64,000 nt of DNA from Candidatus Poribacteria bacterium (GTDB lineage: Bacteria; Poribacteria; WGA-4E; WGA-3G): assembly GCA_965198235.1 (NCBI GenBank), contig OZ240248.1, forward strand, positions 3,744,001 through 3,808,000, in the 5' to 3' direction. This document shows positions 42,307 through 52,985 of the stretch, piece by piece; the first letter of the stretch is position 1, and every line of letters begins with the position of its first letter. A program made the position numbers and the translations under genes. Below the pieces are notes generated by a model. That model did not search any database. It saw only the letters and a program-made list of their open reading frames with translations, and was not told the origin of the DNA.

Positions 42307-42526
42307 GTCCCCCTTGCTATGTGCTGTAGGAGGGGTGTTTTTGCTTGGGTGTTTCCCCCAAGTAACCCCGATTTCCCTGATACAGATAGTTTGATTTTAG
42401 CAGTGCCTCCTTTTTTAGTCAACCTCTTTGATTTCGTTCGTATCGTAGTGTTTGTAGTATTCTTCTTGCGGATTTCGTCAGAATTCGCTATAGTAATCTT
42501 CGGAAACCCGAAACAGTGTGTAAACT

Positions 42527-43438
42527 ATGGAATCAGTAAATCGGACACTCACAGCAATAGACGGAATCAAAGTAGGACATGCCACCAATTTAACCGCTCG
42601 AACAGGGTGTACCGTTATCCTCTGTCCAGCAGGTGCAACGGCAGGCGTTGATGTGCGCGGTGCTGCCCCGGGCACGCGGGAGACGGAAGCACTCCGTCCC
42701 GGACGTTTGGTCCAAAAGGCACACGCGGTACTTCTGACAGGAGGAAGTGCCTTCGGGTTGGATGCCGCAAGTGGTGTCGTCCAGTACCTTGAGGAAAAGA
42801 ATGTCGGTTTTCCCGCAGGTTCTGTTCGTGTGCCGATCGTTCCCGCGGCTGTTATCTTTGATCTGGGGGTTGGCAATGCGAAAGTCCGCCCTGACAAAGA
42901 GATGGGGTATCAGGCGTGCATTAACGCGACAGATGAACCCGTAGCAATGGGTGCTGTTGGAGCAGGCACAGGTGCTACCGTCGGTAAAGCCCCCGGCGTT
43001 ACATCTTCTCCGGGTGGTGTTGGCTCGGCGTGTGTCCGTCTCGACTCGGGTTTAATTGTTGCGGCAATTACGGTTGTGAATGCGCTTGGGAATGTTGTGC
43101 ATCCGAGGACGGGTGAGATTCTCGCGGGTGGGAAGGAAAACGGTGATTTCGTAGACATCACAGAGCGGCTCTTGGATGCCAACATAGTTCAGGGAACCAA
43201 TACGACTATCGGTGTTGTGGCTACGAATGCGACACTCACCCCTGCGGAGACGAACCGAGTTGCGGAGATGGCGCACGATGGAATGGCGCGCGCCATTCGT
43301 CCGGCACATACGATGTTCGATGGGGATACACTTTTTGCTCTCGCCACAGGATCGCACACCGGAAGCGGTGTAAACGCTGTTGGTATTCTCGCAGCGGAAG
43401 TCGTCGCGGAGGCGATTGTTAACGCCGTGACCGCTTAA
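42527..43438 (+). CDS. P1/S58 (DmpA-like) peptidase
   Basis: VDVRGAAPGTRET, GGSAFGL, NTTIGVVATNA, HTMFDGDT. Confidence 0.9.
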   Translation: MESVNRTLTAIDGIKVGHATNLTARTGCTVILCPAGATAGVDVRGAAPGTRETEALRPGRLVQKAHAVLLTGGSAFGLDAASGVVQYLEEKNVGFPAGSVRVPIVPAAVIFDLGVGNAKVRPDKEMGYQACINATDEPVAMGAVGAGTGATVGKAPGVTSSPGGVGSACVRLDSGLIVAAITVVNALGNVVHPRTGEILAGGKENGDFVDITERLLDANIVQGTNTTIGVVATNATLTPAETNRVAEMAHDGMARAIRPAHTMFDGDTLFALATGSHTGSGVNAVGILAAEVVAEAIVNAVTA

Positions 43439-44838
43439 ATCGATCGTCCTTGCATTGCTTCTGGGATGTCGATACTGAACTCGTTCAGCACTGTTGGGGC
43501 AATATCGTATATACTTTTGGCAGACACGTTTCCTATTTGTCGCGACCGGGAGGTCGTTCCTACATGGGAGTTTGACGCAGATTTGAGAATAAACATTCCC
43601 ATCTCCGCGTGGTTACAATCGTCGGGACCGGTATCGTTTTCGTAGGTATAGATGCTGTTGTATCCGACGCTTCCGACTGAACGCCAAAAGAGGTTGCCGA
43701 AGTAGACGATGAGATCAGGAGCGATGTTTCGACATTCTCGATAAACCTCTTCGGGCTTGAAAACGCGTGTGCCGATGTTATGTCCCTCCTCATCTACGAT
43801 CGCTTCGAGTCGCCCCTTCAATTCATCGCGGATGCTCTCATAATCTTGCGCGCTGACAATTCCATGGGGTTCTCTACCTTCAACATTTATGAAAATTCGT
43901 GCATAGTACCCGCCTTCTCCCCATGCCTTTGTCTGTTGCCAATCTACCATATCCGGTGTCCATCGCGTAATTCCTTGCGGTTCGGTTTTAAGCGTCAGGT
44001 AACCCTGCTTTCGGAGCCATTCGTTGACGCAGATACCTCCGTCCATCCGTTTCGCACCGTGATCGGAGACGACCATGACCGTGGTGTTCTCGTCTACACA
44101 CGCTAACGTCTCTCCGAGTTCGGCATCGAGGATACGATAGTAGTTTCGCATTGTCTCTGAGAACGGCGAGTCCGGTTCATACTTCGGATGCGTTTTATCC
44201 CAAAATCGCCAAAAAGCGTGATGAAGCCGATCTGATCCCATTTCAACCATTGTAAAGAAGTCCCAGTCCTTTGTTTCAAGCAGATAGCGTGCGAGTTTGA
44301 AACGTTCGGCGGTCATTTTGAGAAGTTGTTGTTCCAGTTCGGCGCGTCGGTCGGTCCGAAAATTGGGTATATCGATCATGTAATCGCTTGCGACTTGTGT
44401 GATTTCTCGTGTCAGTCGCCTCGGGAAGGTCCATTGTGAATTGAGATTGGGTGTGAGGAAACTGGTAACCATCCATCCCGGAAACGGTTTCGCCGGATAG
44501 GTGAGTGGCACCCCCAAAACGACCGACTTCTTTTGCGCCTGCCCTAAGAGATCCCAAAGTGTTGGCACTTTGATGGCGTGTGAGTTGGCGATGGTGAGTG
44601 CGTCGTAGGAATAGTCCTTGCGGTTGCGAAATCCGTAGATGCCGAGTTCACCCGGATCGCGGCTGGTCATCATGCACATCCACGCTGGCACGGTGATAGG
44701 TGGGATGGTGCTTTCCAATTCGCCGTAGATGCCTTTTCCCATCAAACGGCGCGTATTGGGCATGTCGGCTTTAAAAGCGTCGAAGACAAGCTCAGGTGCT
44801 GCACAATCCCAACCGATAATGAGGACGCGTTTTCTCAT
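43435..44838 (-). CDS. Alkaline phosphatase-superfamily nucleotide pyrophosphatase/phosphodiesterase
   Basis: IIGWDCA, STIPPITVPAW, DRLHH, VSDHG, DIAPT. Confidence 0.88.
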   Translation of the reverse strand: MRKRVLIIGWDCAAPELVFDAFKADMPNTRRLMGKGIYGELESTIPPITVPAWMCMMTSRDPGELGIYGFRNRKDYSYDALTIANSHAIKVPTLWDLLGQAQKKSVVLGVPLTYPAKPFPGWMVTSFLTPNLNSQWTFPRRLTREITQVASDYMIDIPNFRTDRRAELEQQLLKMTAERFKLARYLLETKDWDFFTMVEMGSDRLHHAFWRFWDKTHPKYEPDSPFSETMRNYYRILDAELGETLACVDENTTVMVVSDHGAKRMDGGICVNEWLRKQGYLTLKTEPQGITRWTPDMVDWQQTKAWGEGGYYARIFINVEGREPHGIVSAQDYESIRDELKGRLEAIVDEEGHNIGTRVFKPEEVYRECRNIAPDLIVYFGNLFWRSVGSVGYNSIYTYENDTGPDDCNHAEMGMFILKSASNSHVGTTSRSRQIGNVSAKSIYDIAPTVLNEFSIDIPEAMQGRSI

Positions 44839-44909
44839 ATTTTTAACTATAAAATTTGCTTGACACTCGCGTTTGACGATAGAATACAACTATCATTCTG
44901 AATTTTTAA

Positions 44910-45710
44910 TCACGGCTTGGTATCGGTATTAACAGGCGATTCGTCGTTGCTAAGGAACCGCTCAATCGTGTTTCTTGTTGCCGGGCGCGTACGGAAATCC
45001 GCAACCCACGGTTCCCGGAAGTACGCTTGCTTTTCACGCGGTAAAGCGGACAGAACTTCAGGCGGAATCGGTAGACGGTGCCAATGTGTTGCGAGATGCG
45101 CGTAGGCGTTTAGCACTGCCACACGCGGTGTCTCCCGTTGCCACACGGGACCGGCGTGACATAAGTTTTCCGTGAAGAAGATTGCACTGCCAGCGGGGCA
45201 TTCGTAGGTCATCAGAAACGGGCTCCGCTTCCCTTCCTCTAACGACATGTGGTCAGGATGCATCACGAAGTTGGATTTGTGACTACCAACTATAAAGTGC
45301 GTCGCACCATCCTTTTTAGAAATGTCTGTTAGTTCAAAGACGACGCGCACCATTCCAGCGTGAATTTGCCCGTTGTTGACGCGATACCCGAAGATTGGAT
45401 CTGCCTGTCGTGGTCCACCACCGTGGAGTTCACCGTGCCTCTGCCCTTTTTCGCGCCAGACAGAGTAGCAGTGCTCTAACCGGATCTCAGGTCCGATAAT
45501 TTCATGTAGGACATCCAGAACTTTGGGGTGATCAATTAGGACGCTCGCGGGACCGCCCGGCGCGGCACGGTGTTCCGGCGGTAAGGATTCTTTGTTGTGA
45601 TGTATCCGGTCGATCTGATCAACGATTGCATCTACTTCATCGCGTTCAAGGATCGCAGGACGAACGAGGAATCCAGTTAAGTCAAATCGAAATTTTTCTT
45701 CATCAGTCAT
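44910..45710 (-). CDS. Phytanoyl-CoA dioxygenase (PhyH) family protein
   Basis: FDLTGFLV, LHGG, GSHK, AGSAIFFTENLCHAG. Confidence 0.82.
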   Translation of the reverse strand: MTDEEKFRFDLTGFLVRPAILERDEVDAIVDQIDRIHHNKESLPPEHRAAPGGPASVLIDHPKVLDVLHEIIGPEIRLEHCYSVWREKGQRHGELHGGGPRQADPIFGYRVNNGQIHAGMVRVVFELTDISKKDGATHFIVGSHKSNFVMHPDHMSLEEGKRSPFLMTYECPAGSAIFFTENLCHAGPVWQRETPRVAVLNAYAHLATHWHRLPIPPEVLSALPREKQAYFREPWVADFRTRPATRNTIERFLSNDESPVNTDTKP

Positions 45711-45758
45711 AGGTTGATAGCTCCTATGTTATCTTTGTAGTAAAGCATAATTAGAAAA

Positions 45759-47117
45759 TTAGGCCCAACGAGGATTTCTGCCGCCGAACCGCTGCTCGCT
45801 GATGTTCCACAACTCTGATAACCCGAGTTGCCGAATGTGTTCCAACCCGGGTAGACACGGATCATTTATGCGGGTTAGCCATCGTTGGAGTTCCGCTTCG
45901 AGTTCTGCCCGCAAATCTTGTGAGTCCTCATCATCAATGAGATTGTTCAATTGATACGGATCGTTGTCGTTGTCGTAAAGCAACCAGCCTGTTCCGTCGT
46001 AGTGGCGCGCGTACGTATAACGGTGCGTGCGGGCACCACGCCACTCGCGAATACCAAAGTTAAAACCTTCACTTCCGTGCAAGGGGACTTCAAGCAACAC
46101 GGATTGTGGTTCGTTAATTGTATTGCCGAGCATCGCTTCTGAAAGGTCAATACCTTCCACACCCTCTGGAATTGATAAGTCGCATAAGGACAACATTGAC
46201 GGCATGAAATCCACGAGGCTTAGCAGGGTGTCGCGGGTAACGCCTGCTGGAATTCTGCGTGGCCAACGAACCATGAAAGGAATACGACTGGATTCGTCCC
46301 ATGGACGTTCTTTTCTGACATGTCCGTGGCTACCGAGCATATCGCCGTGGTCAGATGTGTAGACAAGGATGGTATCGTCAGCGATACCGATTTCGTCAAG
46401 CGCACCCATCAAACGTCCAAGATTTTCATCCAGAGCTGTGATATGCGCGTAGTAGCCGGAGAGATCGTTCCGTGTCGCGGGTGTGTCTACCGCATTCGGG
46501 CGTAACTGGATCTGTTCTGGTGGATACATCGCTTTGTAGCGTTCCGGCACATGTTCATACGGATTGTGTGGCGGTCCCCAACTTACATAGAGGCAGAAGG
46601 GTTCATCGGCATGATCGCGGCAGTATTCAATAGCTTTGTCGGTCTGGAACTCTGGTTCATAGCCGTCAATCTGGAATCGATTTCCGTCCGAGTCGTGGTA
46701 CGGGGCATTGAAATAGTCGTGGTGGCAATTCCAGCCGATCCAATCATCAAAGCCGAACCGCATCTCAGGTGTAATGAACTTGTCTCTGGGCATGCCGCCG
46801 AGGTGCCATTTACCGATGTAGCCGGTTGCGTATCCGGCTTCTTTGAAGACTTCCGCGATGCCAGTTTCCGTCAAAGGGAGCGGTAGATCGTTGGAGACGG
46901 CTTTGTGGTTCAACGGGTATTTGCCTGTCATCAGGCATCCACGCGCCGGCACACATATCGGGACATTAGTGAAGGTATTGGGAAAAAACATCCCTTCCTG
47001 TGCGAGTTGATCCATCGCTGGGGTCTGCACTTGAGGGTTGCCTGCGCATCCGACATCACATTGACGATGCTGGTCGCCAAAGACGAAGATTAAATTGGGT
47101 TTACGAGTAGTTTCCAT
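45759..47117 (-). CDS. Sulfatase (formylglycine type)
   Basis: PNLIF, CVPARGCLMTG (CxPxR), GKWHLG, SDHGDMLGSHG. Confidence 0.93.
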   Translation of the reverse strand: METTRKPNLIFVFGDQHRQCDVGCAGNPQVQTPAMDQLAQEGMFFPNTFTNVPICVPARGCLMTGKYPLNHKAVSNDLPLPLTETGIAEVFKEAGYATGYIGKWHLGGMPRDKFITPEMRFGFDDWIGWNCHHDYFNAPYHDSDGNRFQIDGYEPEFQTDKAIEYCRDHADEPFCLYVSWGPPHNPYEHVPERYKAMYPPEQIQLRPNAVDTPATRNDLSGYYAHITALDENLGRLMGALDEIGIADDTILVYTSDHGDMLGSHGHVRKERPWDESSRIPFMVRWPRRIPAGVTRDTLLSLVDFMPSMLSLCDLSIPEGVEGIDLSEAMLGNTINEPQSVLLEVPLHGSEGFNFGIREWRGARTHRYTYARHYDGTGWLLYDNDNDPYQLNNLIDDEDSQDLRAELEAELQRWLTRINDPCLPGLEHIRQLGLSELWNISEQRFGGRNPRWA

Positions 47118-47131
47118 TTTTTAATTTCTTG

Positions 47132-47294
47132 CTCCTGGGCATCGTTCCACTTCGTTTCACGATGGTTTCTGGTGAATCCCAACGCAATTAAAGATATGTA
47201 CGCTCTTTAAGACTTTCCTTAAAAGCGTTCACAGCACCAGTTGCGTCGGACTTCACTGAAAACTACTGCGGAAAGTAATGGAGCAGTGATCAGA
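47132..47294 (-). repeat. Long imperfect hairpin repeat in the 5' region of the sulfatase gene
   Basis: Arms related to 49345-49470 and 50503-50540; inner stem CGCTCTTTAAG...CTTAAAAGCG. Confidence 0.6.
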
Positions 47295-47316
47295 GTCCCA
47301 TAGGTAAAAAACAATT

Positions 47317-48354
47317 CTAAATCTGCTGCATCCATGTATAAATTTGGCGAAGTGCACTCTCACTCTTTGTCCACAACGCTCTTTTCAGTGGCGAAATTAT
47401 CTTTGTGTAACTGGCGAAGTCTGTCCGGACGGCGCGATACTGTTCCTTATGCGCAATTAACCCTGTGTTCTCTGGTGGCGATGCGCCGAAATCCACCCAT
47501 TCGTATTGTTCATGACACGCCCGTGTGATGATGTGATGGAAAATCGCGTTGTTAGGACGGTATTTCAGGAACGCTGGCGCAGATGCTTCACACCACAACG
47601 TTACGGTCTTATTGAAGAATAGATAGAGCAGTCCTGCGATAATTGTGCCACGATATGTGGCGATAGCAAGTTTGGCGATTTTCCGCTGCAGGAGTGTCTG
47701 CATAAGCGCGCACGGTTTCGGGGTGCCACCTAACCGTTTTACTGTCATGAGATACATGTCGTAAAAGGTGGATAAAGCCGCTTCGCTATCTGTGTCCGTG
47801 ACTGTCACACCCGATTTCTCTGCCTTCCTGACCGCGCCCCGTACCCGTTTGTTATAGGCGTGCCAGAGGGATTCAACATCTCCGTTCGTTTTCAAAAGAT
47901 GTGTGAAATGGTCCGTTCGTTCGTAGCCCATTTCATCGAAAAGATCGTCGTCCGTCGTGGTGTGATTAGGTGTCAGTGTCCAACGGATTTCACACCATCC
48001 CTTTGCTGCTGCTGCGGCTTCGATGGACCTTATCAGTGTTTCAGGGTTTATTTGCCCTGATTCGATAAGGTGTACACCACCAAATAGATTCCACGGCATT
48101 GAGTGCCATAGACGGATGCCCGGTATTGGTTGAAAGACGAAGGCAGGCAGCCCACCTATCACTGAATCATCTTGATTGATGAGTAGGTAAGTTGGGCGTA
48201 GGGGTTGGGTTACCCAACTCCTACCAAACGTGCTCGCTAATGCATCTCGCCACGCGAGACTTTGAAAGGCAGTCGTATCTGGACATTGCCGAAGAATGGC
48301 ATCCCATTTATCCTGATTTTGAGGGGTCAAAGGGTCTAAGATGTACACATGCAT
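47317..48354 (-). CDS. GNAT/FemAB-like acyltransferase
   Basis: RGAVRKAEKSGV, YRPNNAIF, DFGAS, GLIAHKEQ. Confidence 0.82.
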   Translation of the reverse strand: MHVYILDPLTPQNQDKWDAILRQCPDTTAFQSLAWRDALASTFGRSWVTQPLRPTYLLINQDDSVIGGLPAFVFQPIPGIRLWHSMPWNLFGGVHLIESGQINPETLIRSIEAAAAAKGWCEIRWTLTPNHTTTDDDLFDEMGYERTDHFTHLLKTNGDVESLWHAYNKRVRGAVRKAEKSGVTVTDTDSEAALSTFYDMYLMTVKRLGGTPKPCALMQTLLQRKIAKLAIATYRGTIIAGLLYLFFNKTVTLWCEASAPAFLKYRPNNAIFHHIITRACHEQYEWVDFGASPPENTGLIAHKEQYRAVRTDFASYTKIISPLKRALWTKSESALRQIYTWMQQI

Positions 48355-48393
48355 ATCTTGTAGGAGCGAGCTCCAGCTCGCGATTCCTTAGAG

Positions 48394-49332
48394 TTATGCC
48401 GCCAGTGCCGCGAACAGTGCCTTAATGTAACCGACAGAATAAGCTAACCCAACATCGCCTTCTAATTTCGGGATGTGATCGGCGTTGATACATCCGTCAA
48501 ACCCGACTTTTTGTAGTTCACGGACGATTTTGAAAGCGTTCATGTCGCCATCGTCAAGGAGGACTTCCTCAAACGCTCCGGCTGTTGCAAGGCTACCGCG
48601 GACGTTCCGTAGATGAACCATGAAGATACGCCCTTTACGTCCGTAGTTGTTGATTTCGTCAAGAACAATCGCACTACCTCCAGCCTCCGCCCGAGTGCCA
48701 CAACAATAGAGATAGCCAACGTTTCTGCTCGGGAAGGTATCAGTGACACGGTGGAAGCCGAGACCGCCGAGGGGTGTATCCGGGTTCGGCACGTCTGACG
48801 GATGGATAGCGATTTTAATGTCGTATTCATCGGCGATAGGTACGAGTGCTCCGTAAATTTCGGTAAAACGTTTCCACCATTCGTCAAGTGCTTCCATCGT
48901 CGGTGTGGATGGTGGATTTTGGGTTGCGGCACGGCTTTCGCCACGGGAGGTATAACCCCCCCTATGTACGGATGAATAACGTGTCATTAGATAGTCAAAC
49001 GTATCACCCCAAAATCTCTGGCGCGCAATAGGCACACCAGCTTCAGCGAAGACCCGGAGGGCATTACACGTGTGCTCTAACTCCTTTTCGCCATCGGGTT
49101 GACCCCGCATAAACTTTTCTGTGATATTCGGAAGCGTCACGCGGTTGATATCAAGTCCCCAGGAACGGATCCGTTTTTTGATTTTCAACAATTCGTCTAA
49201 GTCGGGGTAACCCTGTTCTTCAACTCCGGGAAAAGCATTACCGCCCCCAAAGTCGATACAGTCTGCACCGAGTTGTGTAACCTGTTTGAGATAGCTATCA
49301 GAAAGTCCGCCATCCCAGACTGAAATTTTCAT
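48394..49332 (-). CDS. Mannonate dehydratase (UxuA)-like protein
   Basis: IAIHPSDVP, VHLRNVRG, DDGDMN, ADHIP, AYSVGYIKAL. Confidence 0.8.
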   Translation of the reverse strand: MKISVWDGGLSDSYLKQVTQLGADCIDFGGGNAFPGVEEQGYPDLDELLKIKKRIRSWGLDINRVTLPNITEKFMRGQPDGEKELEHTCNALRVFAEAGVPIARQRFWGDTFDYLMTRYSSVHRGGYTSRGESRAATQNPPSTPTMEALDEWWKRFTEIYGALVPIADEYDIKIAIHPSDVPNPDTPLGGLGFHRVTDTFPSRNVGYLYCCGTRAEAGGSAIVLDEINNYGRKGRIFMVHLRNVRGSLATAGAFEEVLLDDGDMNAFKIVRELQKVGFDGCINADHIPKLEGDVGLAYSVGYIKALFAALAA

Positions 49333-49480
49333 GTTTTAAATGATCTCCTCTGGGCATTGCTCCATTACATTCCGCAATGGTTTCCGGTAAAGTTAGCAAC
49401 CTCTCATAACCTAAAGCGGGTTCTCAACTTAGACGGAGACCGTTGTGGAACGAAGTGGAACAACGCCCATATTCAATAAA

Positions 49481-50488
49481 TTAAAAAGGTAACGAAACGG
49501 GTTGCCCGCTCTCAACAGATTGATATGCAGCCAATGCGATTTCGACTGCGGCACGACCGTCTAAGCCTGTGATAGGTGGCGATGTGTCGTTACGGATTGC
49601 GTCTACGAAGACGCGAATTTCTTCTTCAACCGGTGACGGCACCTTGATATCTGCCACTTTAATCTGTCGTCCTTCACCCTCAAAAGGTTTAATCTGGATG
49701 GCTGCATCGCCTCCCCAGATCTGTGGAAAATAGATGGAACCGCCTTTGCAATCGACGCGTCCGCCATAACCACCGACAGCGGAGACATGACTGGAGTGGA
49801 GCAATCCGACCGCTCCGTTTGCAAACTGCAAGGAAGCAAGCACAACATCTGGATAGTCGCTTTTATCTGGTCCGTATTGTCCGCCGATGGCATAGACAGA
49901 GGCTACATCTCCACAGGTCCAACGCATAAAGTCTATTTCATGGGCGTTGATTTCCATGAGACTCCCGCCAGACTTCGCACGCTCCAGTCGCCATGGTGTG
50001 TGACTGTACCCACTGCGCCATGGGCCCCCGATCCGATGCACCATCATACAGGCGGGTGCGCCGAGTTCCTCGCTCTGCACAATTTCACGAACGACGGAAT
50101 GCGTCCCGTGGTAACGACATACCAAGCCGATCGTAAGTTTGACACCGTTTGCGTCTGCGGCGGCAATCATCGCGTCGCAGGCCTCCAACGTAGGTGCCAT
50201 CGGTTTTTCGGAAAATACATGTTTGCCTGCATTCGCGGCATCGACTGCCATCTGTGAGTGCATAAATGGTGGTGACGCGATTAGGACTGCACGAATCCGA
50301 TCATCGGCGAGTAATTCGTGGTAATTTAGTGTATAGGACACACTAAGGTCTGTGGCAAGTTTTTCAGCCAGTGCTTCTTGCACATCACTGACAGAGATAA
50401 CTTCTATTCCCTCAACAGCATGGGCACTGGTGGCAAGGCTTCTGCCCATGCCACCGCATCCGATAACGCCAACTCCAATCGTTTCCAT
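49481..50488 (-). CDS. Gfo/Idh/MocA oxidoreductase
   Basis: GVIGCGGMG, GKHVFSEKPM, GGSLMEINAHEID. Confidence 0.9.
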   Translation of the reverse strand: METIGVGVIGCGGMGRSLATSAHAVEGIEVISVSDVQEALAEKLATDLSVSYTLNYHELLADDRIRAVLIASPPFMHSQMAVDAANAGKHVFSEKPMAPTLEACDAMIAAADANGVKLTIGLVCRYHGTHSVVREIVQSEELGAPACMMVHRIGGPWRSGYSHTPWRLERAKSGGSLMEINAHEIDFMRWTCGDVASVYAIGGQYGPDKSDYPDVVLASLQFANGAVGLLHSSHVSAVGGYGGRVDCKGGSIYFPQIWGGDAAIQIKPFEGEGRQIKVADIKVPSPVEEEIRVFVDAIRNDTSPPITGLDGRAAVEIALAAYQSVESGQPVSLPF

Positions 50489-50543
50489 TTTTAATTTATG
50501 GCCTCCTGGGCTGCGCTCCACTTCGTTTCGCGCAGGTTTCCGA

Positions 50544-51443
50544 TTATCTCCGTCTTGCTTTGATATGACCCCAAGTAACGCTCAAATGGCTCGCTGAAGG
50601 ACTGACATCAAGCCCTGTAGCTTCCATGTTGTTCTGAACCTCTGCTGCACTCAGAACGCGATCGTAAATTCGGAATTCGTCAATATACCCCTGAATCGTA
50701 TCGCAATCGCATCCATCTGACCGATCCCCAATGCCGAGGAGAAGCCCTCCCTTTGAAATCTTACCGCCCTTCATGGCGTACTTTTTTTCCTGTTTTCCAT
50801 TCACATAATAGTGAACCGTTTTACCATCATAGGTGCCAGTGAGGTGCAGCCACTCTTCAAGTGGGATGTCCTCCAGTACATTGTCCTGTGCAGCCACCGT
50901 TGATTGGCCACCGGCTCTGACGAAGAAGCCGTGTTGGTTGTCGTCATCGTCATAGTAAAGGCTCGCGACTGCGCTGTTCGTTGGCATATCGTCGAGTGAG
51001 ATAATCCGATTCCAACTGTCATCCAAGGCGTTGACGTAGACCCAACATTCCAAGGAGATCTCCTCCCAATCCCGATCGATTTTCGGTGGGTTTGAATCTT
51101 CAACGAGGAATCGGTCAACACTCCCATCAAAAAGGATGCACTCGCCGACTTTGCAATCGGAGGCGGGTGCGAGTTCAGGGTCCCCCTTAACAGCGGCAGC
51201 GAGTCCTGACAGGAGATCTACCGCCTCGGTTTTGATCTTTACCGTGTCTTTGTCGAAGGACCAATAGGCGATTAAGCCATCTTCAACCGCTCCGACAATT
51301 GCATCGGTAGGTTGGGCATTCCATCCGAGGAACGCGATAAGGAGAAGGGCGAATGCGCGTTTGGCATTCGCAAAGACTGTAAAGAACCGTGAATTTTCCA
51401 CAAAATGTCTGCTCTGAAAACGGGCACCGTTTTTTAGACGCAT
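50544..51443 (-). CDS. Exported LamG protein
   Basis: LIAYWSFD, WLHLTGTYDG, IDEFRIYDRVLS, tail DVSPSASHLSVTWGHIK. Confidence 0.85.
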   Translation of the reverse strand: MRLKNGARFQSRHFVENSRFFTVFANAKRAFALLLIAFLGWNAQPTDAIVGAVEDGLIAYWSFDKDTVKIKTEAVDLLSGLAAAVKGDPELAPASDCKVGECILFDGSVDRFLVEDSNPPKIDRDWEEISLECWVYVNALDDSWNRIISLDDMPTNSAVASLYYDDDDNQHGFFVRAGGQSTVAAQDNVLEDIPLEEWLHLTGTYDGKTVHYYVNGKQEKKYAMKGGKISKGGLLLGIGDRSDGCDCDTIQGYIDEFRIYDRVLSAAEVQNNMEATGLDVSPSASHLSVTWGHIKARRR

Positions 51444-51571
51444 GATTCATTTCCTCCTTCTACCTAATACAGGGGTATGAGTGAGCCAAAGGATGGATAC
51501 TTCGGTTCACAATGTAGGTTCGTTAGGACGTGAGGTATAGATGTCTCGTGTTACACCGAAAAGGAACGGGT

Positions 51572-52966
51572 TTAAAACATGTCGCGCATGGCACGTTCAC
51601 GCCGATCCGCGATTTGACGTTCACGCTCCTCATCAGACTGCCGACCATGTGGTACAGCAATGATGGGTCGGTATTCGGCGACTTCGCTCTTGCGCTTGAA
51701 CACTCGGAAGAAGTCGAAACGGGTTAAGGTTGGCGGAATGTTCCCGGGACACAGTGAATGTACCCCAACATGCACCGAATTTCCCATGCCAACGTTGGTT
51801 TGCCCACAGCTTTTCCATTGAATGCCGTCGTCACTGGCGAAAGCGGAGAATTGGTTACCTCTACGTTCCATGCGTAAGAAGAGTTCTCGGACATTTCTAA
51901 GTCCACTGCTACGTCCGCGTAGATTAAATGAGCGTCCGACGTGGCGTTCAAATCGGACATCGCCTCTGAATGCGTGTGGTCCCGAGGTTTTTTCAAGTCT
52001 GAGGAATCGATTGGGATTTTTCCATACCAATAAGCCACCGTGTTCTTTCAGTTGTGGCGAGATTCGCATGCGAGTTTCAATAGCGAAGTCTCCAGCGACT
52101 TCCATGAGGAGACGGGGTGCACTCATATCGCCGCTTCTGCCGTCTGGACCGTGCCAAAGGTCTTGCCCGGGTTCAGTCCGCATTTCCAGATAGCCTTGGC
52201 GTTCTGCCCAGGAACCGCCGCCTTTCGGGTCGTCCCACCGCCATTCCGGACGCATACGGTTTCCGATGAACTCATCTTCAAATACCATCTCTGTGAACTC
52301 ACCAGAAGATGCCCATCCTTCAATCTTCACAGCGGAGATAGAATCTCCAAAGTTTTGGGGGAGTAAATGGAGGTTCGGCAACTCCTTTTTGTATTCCGAG
52401 GGTTCCATGCGTATGGGTAGAGGTGCCCCCTCAAAGTCAGGGTGTTCGTAAAAGACCACCTCCGCGCCATGTCGCGGGAAATCCGGTCCTTTGAAGATGC
52501 GGATTGACGAAATTCGGTCTTCAAACCAAGTACCACCTTGCGCATCCCGTAGGTTGGCGATATCGCGCAGAATGGTGATTTTTCTACCTCGGAATTCGAC
52601 GTGTTCGTAGCAATCCACAATCAGCGGGATAGTCCCCCACTCCGGTCCAACCACCTCCAGCGTGGAACCGAAGTTGATTGATGAGATTCTGTCGGCGAAG
52701 TTGTAAGCGGTGTCGTGCAGGTTCGGATAAAATCCGGGCCCGAGTGCTAACTTTTGACCGCGGAAATGGCGATGCTGGTAAAGGATGACTTTGTAATTCG
52801 GGTTCGACGAGAAGTTCGGACCCTTATAGACACGAACAGAAGAGATATTGTCTTGAAACCCGATGTCTCGTGTAAAGGGAACAGGCTCCACAACATATCC
52901 CATTCTGCCCCGGAAGTTTGTATGTTGGAACACCTCAACAACGAGGCGCGGTATGACGACTGGCAT
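51572..52966 (-). CDS. Beta/gamma-crystallin repeat protein fused to a ConA-like (DUF1349-type) domain
   Basis: Four motifs [FY]-x-H-x-x-F-x-G...D-x-I-S-[SA]; C-terminal DLW...APRLL...GDFAIET...S-x-DG-x-x-W. Confidence 0.82.
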   Translation of the reverse strand: MPVVIPRLVVEVFQHTNFRGRMGYVVEPVPFTRDIGFQDNISSVRVYKGPNFSSNPNYKVILYQHRHFRGQKLALGPGFYPNLHDTAYNFADRISSINFGSTLEVVGPEWGTIPLIVDCYEHVEFRGRKITILRDIANLRDAQGGTWFEDRISSIRIFKGPDFPRHGAEVVFYEHPDFEGAPLPIRMEPSEYKKELPNLHLLPQNFGDSISAVKIEGWASSGEFTEMVFEDEFIGNRMRPEWRWDDPKGGGSWAERQGYLEMRTEPGQDLWHGPDGRSGDMSAPRLLMEVAGDFAIETRMRISPQLKEHGGLLVWKNPNRFLRLEKTSGPHAFRGDVRFERHVGRSFNLRGRSSGLRNVRELFLRMERRGNQFSAFASDDGIQWKSCGQTNVGMGNSVHVGVHSLCPGNIPPTLTRFDFFRVFKRKSEVAEYRPIIAVPHGRQSDEERERQIADRRERAMRDMF

Positions 52967-52985
52967 TATTTTCTCCTTTTTTAAT

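Noticed and set aside
44856-44885. Plus-strand TTGACA...TAGAAT as an antisense promoter
   Set aside because: The spacing is 14 bp, outside the sigma70 range
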